This document shows positions 29,718 to 39,279 of a DNA stretch of 64,000 nt, in pieces. The DNA is from Candidatus Hydrogenedentota bacterium. Its GTDB lineage: Bacteria > Hydrogenedentota > Hydrogenedentia > Hydrogenedentales > CAITNO01. The stretch spans positions 370 to 64,369 of the forward strand of contig JAGPFE010000016.1 in NCBI GenBank assembly GCA_018056705.1, read 5' to 3'. The notes under the pieces are model-generated. The model was given only the letters and a program-made list of their open reading frames with translations, was not told the DNA's origin and searched no databases. Made by a program: the position numbers and the translations under genes. Within the stretch, counting starts at the first letter, position 1. Each line of letters begins with the position of its first letter.

Positions 29718-29904
29718 GACACCATCCTCCACGGGTTGAAGAAAGAGACACGCCCGTTCCGCCCACATGATAACACGAGCGGAAATACCGCTTGCGCCCA
29801 CGCCCCGTTTGGGGGATAATAATGAAGAGGACAGGCAAGGGGCAGGCAGGAAGCGGTAGCGTGCCGGAAATATTCCGGGAGAGCCGTTCAAGGAGGTACA
29901 GGTT

Positions 29905-31140
29905 GTGACAACGTATCCGTTCGTGGAACTCCCTGCCGTGCTGGGTGGAGACCCGGTACGGGGTCCGGAGAAATCGTGGCCCCGCTGGCCCATGTATGAC
30001 GCCGCGGAACTGGCCGCGGTGCATGCCGTGCTCGAAAGCAGGCGGTGGTTCCAGGGACCTCGGGTATCGCGTTTTGAAGACGCCTTTGCCCGGTTCCAGG
30101 GTGCCAGGCACTGCGTGGCCTGCAACAGTGGAACAGCCGCCCTGGAAATCGCCCTGCAGGCCGTGGGCGTGAAACCGGGCGACGAAGTCATCGTCCCACC
30201 TTACACCTTCGTGGCGACGGCTTCGGCGGTGTTGCGAGTGGGGGCAGTGCCGGTGTTCGTGGACGTGGATGAAAGCTGGTGCATCGACCCTGACCGGGTG
30301 GCCGAGGCGATCACTCCCCGGACCCGGGTCATTGTGCCGGTCCATTTCGGCGGAAGAATCTGCGACATGGACCGGCTCAAGGACATTGCCACGGATCACG
30401 GTCTCCGGATCGTGGAAGACGCCTGCCACGCGTGGGGCGGACGCTGGGTAGGCCGGGGCGCGGGCACCCTCGGCGACTGCGGCGTGTTCAGTTTCCAGGA
30501 ATCCAAAAATATTACCGCCGGAGAAGGCGGCGCGATCGTGACCAATGACGGCGCGCTGGCCGAGGTGTGCCGCTCGATCACCAACTGTGGCCGCGAGACC
30601 GGCATGCCGTGGTATCACCACGTGCGGGTGGGCACCAACGCCCGGATGCCTGAACTGGTGGCCGCGGTGCTGTTGTGCCAACTGGATCGGGCCGTGGACC
30701 AGTTGTTGCGCCGCGAACGGAACGCCGCGTGGCTGGAAGCCAACCTGTCCGGTATTCCCGGCCTGTCCATGCAGGTACGGAGCAACCGGATTACCCGGTG
30801 GGCCCGGCATCTGTTCTGTTTCCGTCTGGATCCCGAGGTGTTCGGCTGCGATCGGGATCGCTTTGTCGCGGCGGCCCGGGCGGAGGGGTTACCCGTGTCG
30901 CCGGGGTACCCGGTGCCGCTGTACCGTCAGCCTCTCTTTGAAAAACTGCCCGCGGACGCCTACCGCGCGTGTTCCTGCCCAGTGGCAGAGGACCTGTGCC
31001 GTCGTTCCGGGTTGTGGTTGCCCCATTACGTGCTGCTGGGAGACGAAATGGACATGGCGGACGTGGTGGCGATTGTGCGCAAGACGCGGGAAAACGCCGA
31101 GAAACTCCGGGCATGGACACCTCCCCCCGTGACGCCGTGA
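29905..31140 (+). CDS. DegT/DnrJ/EryC1/StrS family PLP-dependent sugar aminotransferase
   Basis: SFQESKNITAGEGGAI carries the PLP-lysine. The overall AAT-I fold motifs are present. AGGAGG RBS 8 nt before the GTG start. Confidence 0.85.
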   Translation: MTTYPFVELPAVLGGDPVRGPEKSWPRWPMYDAAELAAVHAVLESRRWFQGPRVSRFEDAFARFQGARHCVACNSGTAALEIALQAVGVKPGDEVIVPPYTFVATASAVLRVGAVPVFVDVDESWCIDPDRVAEAITPRTRVIVPVHFGGRICDMDRLKDIATDHGLRIVEDACHAWGGRWVGRGAGTLGDCGVFSFQESKNITAGEGGAIVTNDGALAEVCRSITNCGRETGMPWYHHVRVGTNARMPELVAAVLLCQLDRAVDQLLRRERNAAWLEANLSGIPGLSMQVRSNRITRWARHLFCFRLDPEVFGCDRDRFVAAARAEGLPVSPGYPVPLYRQPLFEKLPADAYRACSCPVAEDLCRRSGLWLPHYVLLGDEMDMADVVAIVRKTRENAEKLRAWTPPPVTP

Positions 31141-31182
31141 ATCCGTACCATTGCTGCCCGGGATTCCGTGGAGGATCGTGAA

Positions 31183-32313
31183 ATGGATAGTTCGCCCAGT
31201 GAATCGATGCCCCAGAAGACCAAGCTGCGCCGCTTGCTGGGATACGCGGTGAAAAATGGCGCGTCGGACCTTCACCTGACGGTAGGGTGTCCCCCCGCCC
31301 TGCGCATCGACGGTGAAATCCGTTTTCTGCCCGCGGATCCGCTCACGATGGAGGACATGGAGGAATTCCTGCGGGAAATGATGAAACCCGCGCAACTGGA
31401 GGCGTTTGAGAGCCGCGGGGATTTCGACCTTGCCTTTGGGGTTCCCGGGCTGGGACGGTTCCGGGTGAACGCCCTCAAGCAACGGGGAACGCCGGGACTG
31501 GTGATGCGCCACGTGAAAAACAAGATCCTCAGTTTCGAGGAACTGCACCTGCCACCGGCGATGGAAAAAATCGCCGACTTTCCCCGTGGGCTGGTGCTGA
31601 TCACCGGCACGACGGGCAGTGGTAAATCCACCACCCTCGCGGCCCTGGTGGACTGGATCAACGCGCGCAAGCGCCTGCACATCATCACGCTGGAAGACCC
31701 GATCGAATACCTGCACACCAACAAGAAAAGCGTGATTACCCAGCGGGAGATCGCCATCGATACTCAGGACTTCATGATCGCCCTGCGCGCGGCCATGCGC
31801 GAAGATCCCGACGTGATCCTCATCGGTGAGATGCGCGACGCCGAAACCTTTACGGCCGCCATCGCGGCGGCGGAAACCGGCCACCTGGTCTTCTCCACCC
31901 TGCACACCACCAACGCGATGATGACCATTGACCGGATCATCGACCTGTTTCCCGCGAACATGCACCAGCAGGTGCGCTCCCAGCTGGCGTTGCAGTTGCG
32001 CGCGGTGGTGTCACAGCGCCTGATTCCCGCCGCGGACGGAAAGGGACGGATGCCCGCGGTCGAGGTGATGATCAATAACCCGGGCATTGCCAGCCTGATC
32101 CGCGAGAACAACATCAAGCAGATTCCAACGGCGATTATCGCCGGAGCCGAAGAAGGCATGCAGACCTTCAACATGAGCCTGGTGCACCTGCTCAGGCAGA
32201 AACTGATCCGGGAAGAGGATGCCATGATTGCCTCGGACAACCCGGACGAACTCAAGATGAACCTGCAGGGCATCTATTTAAGCCAGTCCCGTGGCGGCAT
32301 CTTAAAACGGTGA
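31183..32313 (+). CDS. pilT: type IV pilus twitching-motility ATPase PilT
   Basis: Walker A GTTGSGKST, Asp box, Walker B and His box (LVFSTLHT), with a PilT-type C-terminus. GGAGGA RBS 7 nt before ATG 31183. Confidence 0.9.
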   Translation: MDSSPSESMPQKTKLRRLLGYAVKNGASDLHLTVGCPPALRIDGEIRFLPADPLTMEDMEEFLREMMKPAQLEAFESRGDFDLAFGVPGLGRFRVNALKQRGTPGLVMRHVKNKILSFEELHLPPAMEKIADFPRGLVLITGTTGSGKSTTLAALVDWINARKRLHIITLEDPIEYLHTNKKSVITQREIAIDTQDFMIALRAAMREDPDVILIGEMRDAETFTAAIAAAETGHLVFSTLHTTNAMMTIDRIIDLFPANMHQQVRSQLALQLRAVVSQRLIPAADGKGRMPAVEVMINNPGIASLIRENNIKQIPTAIIAGAEEGMQTFNMSLVHLLRQKLIREEDAMIASDNPDELKMNLQGIYLSQSRGGILKR

Positions 32314-32339
32314 TGGTAAGGCAACCTGGGAGGGCGGTC

Positions 32340-33239
32340 ATGGCGCGCGGTATGTTGACAGGGATAACGCTGCTGGCGTTGGTTTCCCCGGGGTTGTTTG
32401 CCGTGGAATCCGTTTCCGGGGCGGGAGCGCCAGGTGCGCGACGGGTGCTCGTGTCGCTGTGGAGTGGGGAAGCAGGCAAGCCGGAGGATGGTGTGCTGCC
32501 GTCGGAATCCACCTTGTCCCTGTTTCTGCTTCCCGGGGAAGGCCATGGATTCGTGGTGGTATGTCCGGGCGGTGGATACGGCATGCTGGCCTGGGACTAC
32601 GAGGGAGAGGACCTCGCGCGGTGGTTCAACACGCTGGGGATGTCCGCGGGCGTTCTGCGTTACCGGGTGAGCCCGAACCGTCACCCGGCCCCGCTGGACG
32701 ATGCCCGACGGGCTCTGCGGCTGGTTCGTTTTCACGGGGCGGACTGGGGCATTGATCCCCACCGGGTCGGCATCATGGGCTTCTCCGCGGGCGGTCATCT
32801 CGCCTGCATGGCGGCCGTTCACGGTGATGCCGGTAACCCGGACGCGGAGGACCCTGTGGAAAGGCAGGCTTCCCGGCCGGATTTCGCCGTTCTGATTTAC
32901 CCCGTGGTGTCGATGTCCGAACCCTGGGGGCATGCCGGGTCACGGGACAACCTTACCGGTGGGACCGCGGACCCCGATCTGCTGCGGTGGCTCAGCGGCG
33001 AAAAACAGGTGGGGCCCGACACGCCCCCGATGTTCCTGGTGCATTCCCGCGCGGACACCGTGGTGTCGTGGCGCAACAGCGCGGAATTATTTCTTGCCCT
33101 GAAGCGCCACAACGTGCCCGTCGAGATGCACCTGTTTGAACGGGGCGAGCACGGTTACGGCATGGCGCTGAACGATCCCGTGATCGGTCGCTGGCCGGAA
33201 TTCCTGGCGCGGTGGCTTGAACGCCTGGGCAAGCGCTAA
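32340..33239 (+). CDS. secreted alpha/beta-hydrolase (carbohydrate esterase-like)
   Basis: Signal peptide, HGFVVVCPGGGY oxyanion region, GFSAGGHL nucleophile elbow, C-terminal His. Confidence 0.7.
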   Translation: MARGMLTGITLLALVSPGLFAVESVSGAGAPGARRVLVSLWSGEAGKPEDGVLPSESTLSLFLLPGEGHGFVVVCPGGGYGMLAWDYEGEDLARWFNTLGMSAGVLRYRVSPNRHPAPLDDARRALRLVRFHGADWGIDPHRVGIMGFSAGGHLACMAAVHGDAGNPDAEDPVERQASRPDFAVLIYPVVSMSEPWGHAGSRDNLTGGTADPDLLRWLSGEKQVGPDTPPMFLVHSRADTVVSWRNSAELFLALKRHNVPVEMHLFERGEHGYGMALNDPVIGRWPEFLARWLERLGKR

Positions 33240-33344
33240 AGGTTTTCCGCCGAACTGCCGAAAACTTCCCATGGAATCGCGACGCGAACGCGGTTCCGGC
33301 CGATGCAAGGAGGCAAAGGCCTAACGACACGGAGGATCAACGTT

Positions 33345-34166
33345 ATGGGTCTTCGCATCAACACCAACGTGGCGGCCCTCAATGCCGCGCGCACCCTGCG
33401 CAATTCCACCACCGACCTGAACCGCTCCCTCGAACGCCTCTCCAGCGGACTCCGGATCAACCGCGCGGCCGATGACGCCGCCGGCCTGGCCATCGCTGAA
33501 GGGTTCCGTTCCGTGGTACGCGGTTCGCGCGTCGCCAGCCGGAACTCCCAGGATGGGATCAACCTCGTGCAGACGGCGGAAGGCGCCCTGACCGAGGCCG
33601 CCAACGTGCTCCAGCGCATCCGCGAACTGGCGATCCAGGCGGCCAACGGCACCAACAGTGACGCCAACCGCACCGCCCTGGACCTCGAAGTGCGCCAGTT
33701 GCTGGGCCAGATCGACGTGATTGCCCTGGACACCGAGTTCAACGGCATCTACGTGCTGAGCGCGGCACAGACCATTACGCTGCAGTCGGGCGCGCAACCT
33801 GGTCAGACGCTGAACATCGTCGTCCGGGGCGCCAAGACCAATGATCTCGGCGTCAACACGGTCAGCATTTCGACCATGGCCCTGGCGGTTTCCACCATCA
33901 GCACGGTGGATATTGCCCTGCGCAGCCTGAACAACCTGCGCGCCGAACTGGGCGCGATCCAGAATCGCCTGGAGTTCACCATCAACACGCTGGCCATCCA
34001 GGAAGAAAACTCGGCGGCCTCCGAAAGCGCCATCCGCGACGCGGACATCGCCCAGGAAACGATCCGCTTTACCCGGAACCAGATCCTGGTTAACGCTGGC
34101 ACCAGCGTGCTGGCCCAGGCGAACATCGTGCCGCAAACCGCCCTGCAGTTGCTCGGCGGCCGGTAA
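33345..34166 (+). CDS. fliC: flagellin
   Basis: N-terminal MGLRINTNVAALNAARTLR...LSSGLRINRAADDAAGLAIAE and C-terminal LGAIQNRLEFTINTL...LAQANIVPQTALQLLGG D0/D1 segments. Short (273-aa) flagellin. GGAGGA RBS. Confidence 0.9.
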   Translation: MGLRINTNVAALNAARTLRNSTTDLNRSLERLSSGLRINRAADDAAGLAIAEGFRSVVRGSRVASRNSQDGINLVQTAEGALTEAANVLQRIRELAIQAANGTNSDANRTALDLEVRQLLGQIDVIALDTEFNGIYVLSAAQTITLQSGAQPGQTLNIVVRGAKTNDLGVNTVSISTMALAVSTISTVDIALRSLNNLRAELGAIQNRLEFTINTLAIQEENSAASESAIRDADIAQETIRFTRNQILVNAGTSVLAQANIVPQTALQLLGGR

Positions 34167-34410
34167 TCCGGTCGCTGAAACGCCCGCGCGGCGGCACCGC
34201 GACCGGTTCCTCCGAGCCGACGTGGTCTCCCGTGTACGCGCGCCTCCCGCAACGGCCACGCTCAAGGATTCAGACGACTTATCCAATGGCCCGCTCCGGC
34301 GACATTCCCCGGAGGCGGGCCATGGTGTTTATGATCCCCGCGTGAAAAAACTGGTTCCTGGCAAGGAGGGTCTATAATGTAGGTACAAACCCGGAAGCGG
34401 AGAGTAACGC

Positions 34411-35784
34411 ATGCGTTCTGAAAAAGAAAATACATGGGTATTGACCCGTCGGGCGTTTCTGGCGGCGGCAACGACCACGGCGTGCGTGGCCGCGGCGGCC
34501 GCGCCCAATACCGCGCGCGTGGTGCCCCGCAAAGTGTCGCCGAACGAGAAACTGAACGTCGCGGGCATTGGCGTGGGGGGCAAGGGCATTCACGACATCA
34601 TGTCCTACAAGCGGGAAAACGTGGTGGCCCTGTGCGACGTGGACTGGAAACGGGCGGAAGAAGCCTTCTACCGGTTGCCTAAAGCGAAAAAGTACAAGGA
34701 CTACCGGAAAATGTTCGACGAGATGAGCGACCGGATCGACATGGTCACCGTTGCCACGCCGGACCACACCCACGCGCCCGCCGCCTGGATGGCCATGAAG
34801 CTGGGCAAGCACGTGTACGTGGAAAAGCCCATGGCCCATACCATCGCCGAAACGCGCCTGCTGACCCGTACCGCCCGGGAAACGGGCGTGGCCACCCAGA
34901 TGGGAAACCAGGGCCATTCCGGCAATGGCGTGCGGGACCTGGCCGAGATGATCTGGTCCGGGGCGATAGGCCCGGTCCGGGAAGTACACGCGTGGACGGA
35001 CCGTCCCTCGGGTCGCTGGCCCCAGGGCCTCACCACGCCGCCGCCCGAAGAACCGGTGCCTGACGGCCTCGACTGGGACCTGTGGCTGGGATCGGGCCCC
35101 GAACGGCCTTACAGTTCCCTGATCGCGCCCTTCAAGTGGCGGGGCTGGCTGGACTACGGCTGCGGCGGCCTGGGCGACATGGGCTGTCACATTCTCGATC
35201 CCGTGTTTTTTGCCCTGAAACTGGGCGAGGCAAAAACCTTCACTGCCGCGCCGGTCCGCGCGGAAGATGTCAATCCCCTCACGTTTCCGAAAAACGCGGT
35301 GGTCAAGTATTCCTTTCCCGCGCGGGGTGACATGCCGCCCGTGGACATCTACTGGTACGAAGATGGCCAGCAGCCCCCCCGGCCGGAGTCGATCCCCCCC
35401 GAACAGCAGCTGGGAGATGGCAAAAATGGATCGCTCTTTATCGGCGAAAGCGGTTTCGCTATCGCGGGCGAATACGGTGGCGAAGCCCGGCTGCTGCCCG
35501 ATGAGCGGATGAAGGCCTACACCCGTCCCGAGCCGACCCTGGAGCGGGTGCCGGGCGCGAATCACTACCGGAACTTTCTCGAAGCCTGCAAGGGGGGCAA
35601 ACCGGCCGTTTCCAGTTTCGACTACGCGGGACCGCTGACCGAGTTCGTGTTGCTGGGGACGATTGCCTTGCGGGCCGGGCGGGCGGTAACCTATGACGTG
35701 GACAAGATGGAAATTGTCGGCGACACGGAAGCCAGCCGGTTGATCCGCGGCGCCTATCGTTCTGGCTGGGAATTGCCCGTGTGA
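34411..35784 (+). CDS. Tat-exported Gfo/Idh/MocA family oxidoreductase
   Basis: TRRAFLAAATT Tat motif, GIGVGGKG NAD-binding motif, EKP catalytic region. Confidence 0.8.
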   Translation: MRSEKENTWVLTRRAFLAAATTTACVAAAAAPNTARVVPRKVSPNEKLNVAGIGVGGKGIHDIMSYKRENVVALCDVDWKRAEEAFYRLPKAKKYKDYRKMFDEMSDRIDMVTVATPDHTHAPAAWMAMKLGKHVYVEKPMAHTIAETRLLTRTARETGVATQMGNQGHSGNGVRDLAEMIWSGAIGPVREVHAWTDRPSGRWPQGLTTPPPEEPVPDGLDWDLWLGSGPERPYSSLIAPFKWRGWLDYGCGGLGDMGCHILDPVFFALKLGEAKTFTAAPVRAEDVNPLTFPKNAVVKYSFPARGDMPPVDIYWYEDGQQPPRPESIPPEQQLGDGKNGSLFIGESGFAIAGEYGGEARLLPDERMKAYTRPEPTLERVPGANHYRNFLEACKGGKPAVSSFDYAGPLTEFVLLGTIALRAGRAVTYDVDKMEIVGDTEASRLIRGAYRSGWELPV

Positions 35785-35807
35785 CGCACCGGGCGGGAGG
35801 TCCAAAC

Positions 35808-37001
35808 ATGAATAACGGCAGCGGAGTGGATCGGAGGACGTTCTTGCGGCTGGGCATGGTGTCTGGGGCCCTGGCTGGGGCGGCGTGCCTGGCGGACGAC
35901 ACGGCGGTCACCCCGCCTAAAGGGTTCAAGCCCGCCGCGGGAGATGAACCGGCCCAGGCGCCAAAAGGCCCGGCCAGCCGGGTGCTTGGTCGTACCGGCA
36001 TGCGGGTTAACGTCATTGGCATCGGCACCCTGCAGATCACCGAGGAGTCGGTGATCCAGGCCGCCATGAACATGGGGGTGAACTACATCGATACCGCCCG
36101 GGTGTATCTCAACGGGCGCAGCGAGGAAACGGTGGGGCGCGCGGTAAAGGGCCGCCGCGAGAAGGTGTTCATCGCCACCAAGACCCCACCTGCCTGCGCG
36201 TCGAAGGAGGATATTTTCAAGCATGTCGACGCCAGCCTGCAGGCCATGGGCCTGGATTACGTGGACGTGATCCAGTTGCACGTGGTGGAGGACCGGGACA
36301 AGGTCATGAACCCGGAGTTGCGCGAGGCCCTGCTGACCGTCCGCGAACAGGGCAAGGCGCGTTTTCTGGGCCTGACCACCCATAAGAACCAGGTCCAGGT
36401 GCTCGACGCCGTGGCGGAAGACCCCGAACACTTTTTCGATGTGGTGCTGGTAGCCTACAACTACCAGTCCCCGCCCGAGGTGGGTGATGCCATCGCCCGG
36501 GTGGCGGCGAAAGGCGTGGGGGTGGTGGCCATGAAGACCCAGCAGGGAGGATACAAGACCGAGGAACTTGGCAAGATCAGCCCCCACCAGGCCTCGCTCA
36601 AGTGGGTGTTACGGAATCCTCACGTGGCCTGCGCGGTGCCCGGCATGCTGGACATCGGCCAGTTGCGGGAAGACGTGGCCGTGGCGAACATGCTCGAACT
36701 GACCCGGACCGAGGAACAGGTGCTCGAGCGGTACGCCGAAGCGGTGCGGTCGTACCATTGCGTCATGTGCGGCTCCTGCGACGGGACCTGCCCGTTCGGC
36801 GTGCGGGTGAGCGACGTGAACCGCTGCCTCATGTATATGAAAGGGTACGGCGACGTGACCCTGGCCCGGTCCGCTTACGCGGAAATTCCGACGGAATGCT
36901 CTCCCGAACGGTGCCTGACCTGTCCCGGTTGCCAGGTCCGCTGCGTTCGGGATCTGCCCATCGCCGAGCGGATGCGGGCAGCCCACGCCCTGCTTGCCTG
37001 A
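35808..37001 (+). CDS. Tat-exported aldo/keto reductase with C-terminal 4Fe-4S ferredoxin-like Cys cluster
   Basis: DRRTFLRLG Tat motif, AKR core (IDTARVY, catalytic Y/K), C-terminal CVMCGSCDGTCP...CLTCPGC. GGGAGG RBS before ATG 35808. Confidence 0.7.
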   Translation: MNNGSGVDRRTFLRLGMVSGALAGAACLADDTAVTPPKGFKPAAGDEPAQAPKGPASRVLGRTGMRVNVIGIGTLQITEESVIQAAMNMGVNYIDTARVYLNGRSEETVGRAVKGRREKVFIATKTPPACASKEDIFKHVDASLQAMGLDYVDVIQLHVVEDRDKVMNPELREALLTVREQGKARFLGLTTHKNQVQVLDAVAEDPEHFFDVVLVAYNYQSPPEVGDAIARVAAKGVGVVAMKTQQGGYKTEELGKISPHQASLKWVLRNPHVACAVPGMLDIGQLREDVAVANMLELTRTEEQVLERYAEAVRSYHCVMCGSCDGTCPFGVRVSDVNRCLMYMKGYGDVTLARSAYAEIPTECSPERCLTCPGCQVRCVRDLPIAERMRAAHALLA

Positions 37002-37033
37002 AGGGGTTGAACGATGACTGGGAGTAACGGAAT

Positions 37034-37966
37034 ATGAAGTGGTGGGTTGGCCTGCTGGTCCTGGCGCTGACGATCGCGGCGCGAGGCGATGACCTGAAGG
37101 AAAAACTTGGCGCGGTCACCTTTGGTGACGGCTGGAAGGTGGTGGAACCCATTGCCGAGTATACCGCCGACAACCTGTACGATTACATCGACGGGGAAGC
37201 GGAATTCTTCCTGCCCTACGGTTTCGAGCGGCTGTACGCGATCCGACTGGGTACCGCGCCGGACGCGCCGGTGACCCTCACGGCGGACGTGTACGTGCTG
37301 GGCTCCACCATGGACGCGTGGGGAGTATACCGGGCCATCCGGCGGCAGGACGCCCAGACCATGGCGGTCGGCATGGAAGGCGCGCGCACGGATACCCTGG
37401 GACTTTTCTGCCAGGGCAGGTACTTTGTCCGAATGTTGCTCTCCGGGGGACGCCGGGCGGAACCGGGCCAGTTCGACGCGGCGGCAAAGGCGGTTGCCGC
37501 CGTTCTTCCCCAGGCGGATCGCCCCCCGGAACTGGCCCTGCTCGACACGGAAGGCGTGGACCGGAACAGCGCGAAATACATCGCCAAGAGCGTGCTTGCC
37601 TACCCGTTTTTCCCCCGGGGGCTGGTGGCGGACGCGGCGTGGAAGGTCGGGGACCGTGAACAGCGGGGACGGATAATTGTGCTTACCACCCGGGACGACG
37701 CCGAAGCCCGGTCGGTGTTCGAGGACTACGCGAAGTGGCTGACCGACGACAAGGGGGGCAGCATCGCGCGCCGGTCCGACGCGGAACTGGCCGCGGACGA
37801 CGCGCTCTACCGGGGCGTGCTGCTGCGCAGGGAAGGCCTGCTGATTTTTGGCGTGATCCAGGACGGCCCCCCGGACGACGGGGCCGCCATGATGGATCGC
37901 CTGGTAGGCAAGTACTGCGAATTGACCAGTTCACCCGCGCCCGCGGACCGCGCTCCCGCGCCCTGA
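37034..37966 (+). CDS. secreted hypothetical protein
   Basis: Signal peptide MKWWVGLLVLALTIAARG, GGGAG RBS. No recognisable family. Confidence 0.45.
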   Translation: MKWWVGLLVLALTIAARGDDLKEKLGAVTFGDGWKVVEPIAEYTADNLYDYIDGEAEFFLPYGFERLYAIRLGTAPDAPVTLTADVYVLGSTMDAWGVYRAIRRQDAQTMAVGMEGARTDTLGLFCQGRYFVRMLLSGGRRAEPGQFDAAAKAVAAVLPQADRPPELALLDTEGVDRNSAKYIAKSVLAYPFFPRGLVADAAWKVGDREQRGRIIVLTTRDDAEARSVFEDYAKWLTDDKGGSIARRSDAELAADDALYRGVLLRREGLLIFGVIQDGPPDDGAAMMDRLVGKYCELTSSPAPADRAPAP

Positions 37967-38035
37967 GGACGGACGCGGTTGAGCTGGAACTTTCCGGCAG
38001 GGTAAGATAAGGGCCCATGGGGGCCGGTTCCGTTT

Positions 38036-38902
38036 TTGGAGATTTCCGTGGATTCTTTACCCGAGCACATCAGTCCGCCCGCGAACGAGACCACTTTCGA
38101 TGCCTTGACGCAGGGGGGGACCTTGAAAGGGGAAAATGGGACCATCCGCCTGCGGCTGGACCAGTTCGAGGGACCCTTCGAGGTACTGCTTTACCTGATC
38201 AAGGAACAGGAAATCGATATTTTTGATATTCCGATCGTCCAGATCACGGAACAGTACCTTGCCGTGCTCGATCTCATGCGGCAGGAGCACCTGGATATCG
38301 CGGGTGAATTCCTGGTAATGGCCGCGACCCTGATCCACATCAAGTCCCGGATGCTGATTCCCATCGAGGCGGACACGGACGACGAGGAACCGCTCGAAGA
38401 AGAGGATCCCCGGCTGGAACTGGTGGAAAAACTGCTCGAATACCGCAAGTTCCGGGACCTGGCCGAACTGCTCGGGAAGCGATGGGATCTCCACGCCGAA
38501 CGGTTTGCCAGGCGGGTGGCTCCGCCCCGTTTCGAGGACGAACCGGAAGAGGAAGAAGGGATTATCGAGGTCAGCCTGTACGACCTGATCCGGGTGACGC
38601 GGGGGGTGCTGCGCTTCCTGGGCGAGGACCTGTTCCACCGGGTGGTCATGGAGGGGGCGTCCGTCGAAGAAAAAATTGACCGGCTGAACGCGCTGCTGGT
38701 GGAGCGGCAGTCGGTCTGCTGGTCGGATCTGGCCAGGGAATGCCAGTCCCGGGTGGAGATGGTCTGTTACCTGCTGGCCATTCTGGAGTTGTGCCGGATG
38801 AGCCGGGTTCGGGTGCATCAGCATGGCGCGTTTGGAGAAATCAGGATTGTGGCCCGCGATCCTGGGCTGCCTGTGGGCCCGGTGGTGGAATCGGGGTCCT
38901 GA
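38036..38902 (+). CDS. scpA: segregation and condensation protein A
   Basis: LRLDQFEGPFEVLLYLIKEQEIDIFDIPIVQITEQYL is the ScpA N-terminal signature. TTG start at 38036; GTG 38048 is an alternative. Confidence 0.8.
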   Translation: MEISVDSLPEHISPPANETTFDALTQGGTLKGENGTIRLRLDQFEGPFEVLLYLIKEQEIDIFDIPIVQITEQYLAVLDLMRQEHLDIAGEFLVMAATLIHIKSRMLIPIEADTDDEEPLEEEDPRLELVEKLLEYRKFRDLAELLGKRWDLHAERFARRVAPPRFEDEPEEEEGIIEVSLYDLIRVTRGVLRFLGEDLFHRVVMEGASVEEKIDRLNALLVERQSVCWSDLARECQSRVEMVCYLLAILELCRMSRVRVHQHGAFGEIRIVARDPGLPVGPVVESGS

Positions 38903-39275
38903 CGCGGAGTCTTCCCTTAAGGAAAAGGGTGACCTGGGCGAATCAATCGCCCTGCGGTATCTTCGCTGGCGGGGGTGGCGCCTGCTGGACCGGAACTGGC
39001 GGGTGCCCGGCGGGGAAATCGACCTGGTAGTCCGGCGGGGCCGGGTGGTGGCCTTCGTCGAGGTGCGTGGCAGGGAAGACGGTAGCGTGGTGGAACCGGA
39101 AAGGACGGTAACGCCGGAAAAGCAGCGGCACGTACGCTTTGCCGCGAAGCAGTACCTTGCCCGGAAGGGGATTGATCCCCGGTTGTATTACCGGTTTGAC
39201 GTAATCGCCGTGAATTTTTCCGGAAAAGGACGTCCCCGGGTAACCCATTATCCAGACGCGTTCAGGGACGCCTGA
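38823..39275 (+). CDS. yraN: YraN family (UPF0102) predicted endonuclease
   Basis: GESIALRYLRWRGWRLLDRNWRVPGGEIDLVV...VAFVEVR core. The annotated ATG overlaps scpA by 80 bp; the true start may be a downstream TTG (38850). Confidence 0.7.
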   Translation: MARLEKSGLWPAILGCLWARWWNRGPDAESSLKEKGDLGESIALRYLRWRGWRLLDRNWRVPGGEIDLVVRRGRVVAFVEVRGREDGSVVEPERTVTPEKQRHVRFAAKQYLARKGIDPRLYYRFDVIAVNFSGKGRPRVTHYPDAFRDA

Positions 39276-39279
39276 GGGG

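Noticed and set aside
30889-31965. 358-aa minus-strand ORF across the DegT and pilT genes
   Set aside because: Antisense to two motif-supported genes.
33321-35805. Minus-strand ORFs of 321 and 477 aa across the flagellin and Gfo oxidoreductase genes
   Set aside because: Antisense to strongly supported genes.
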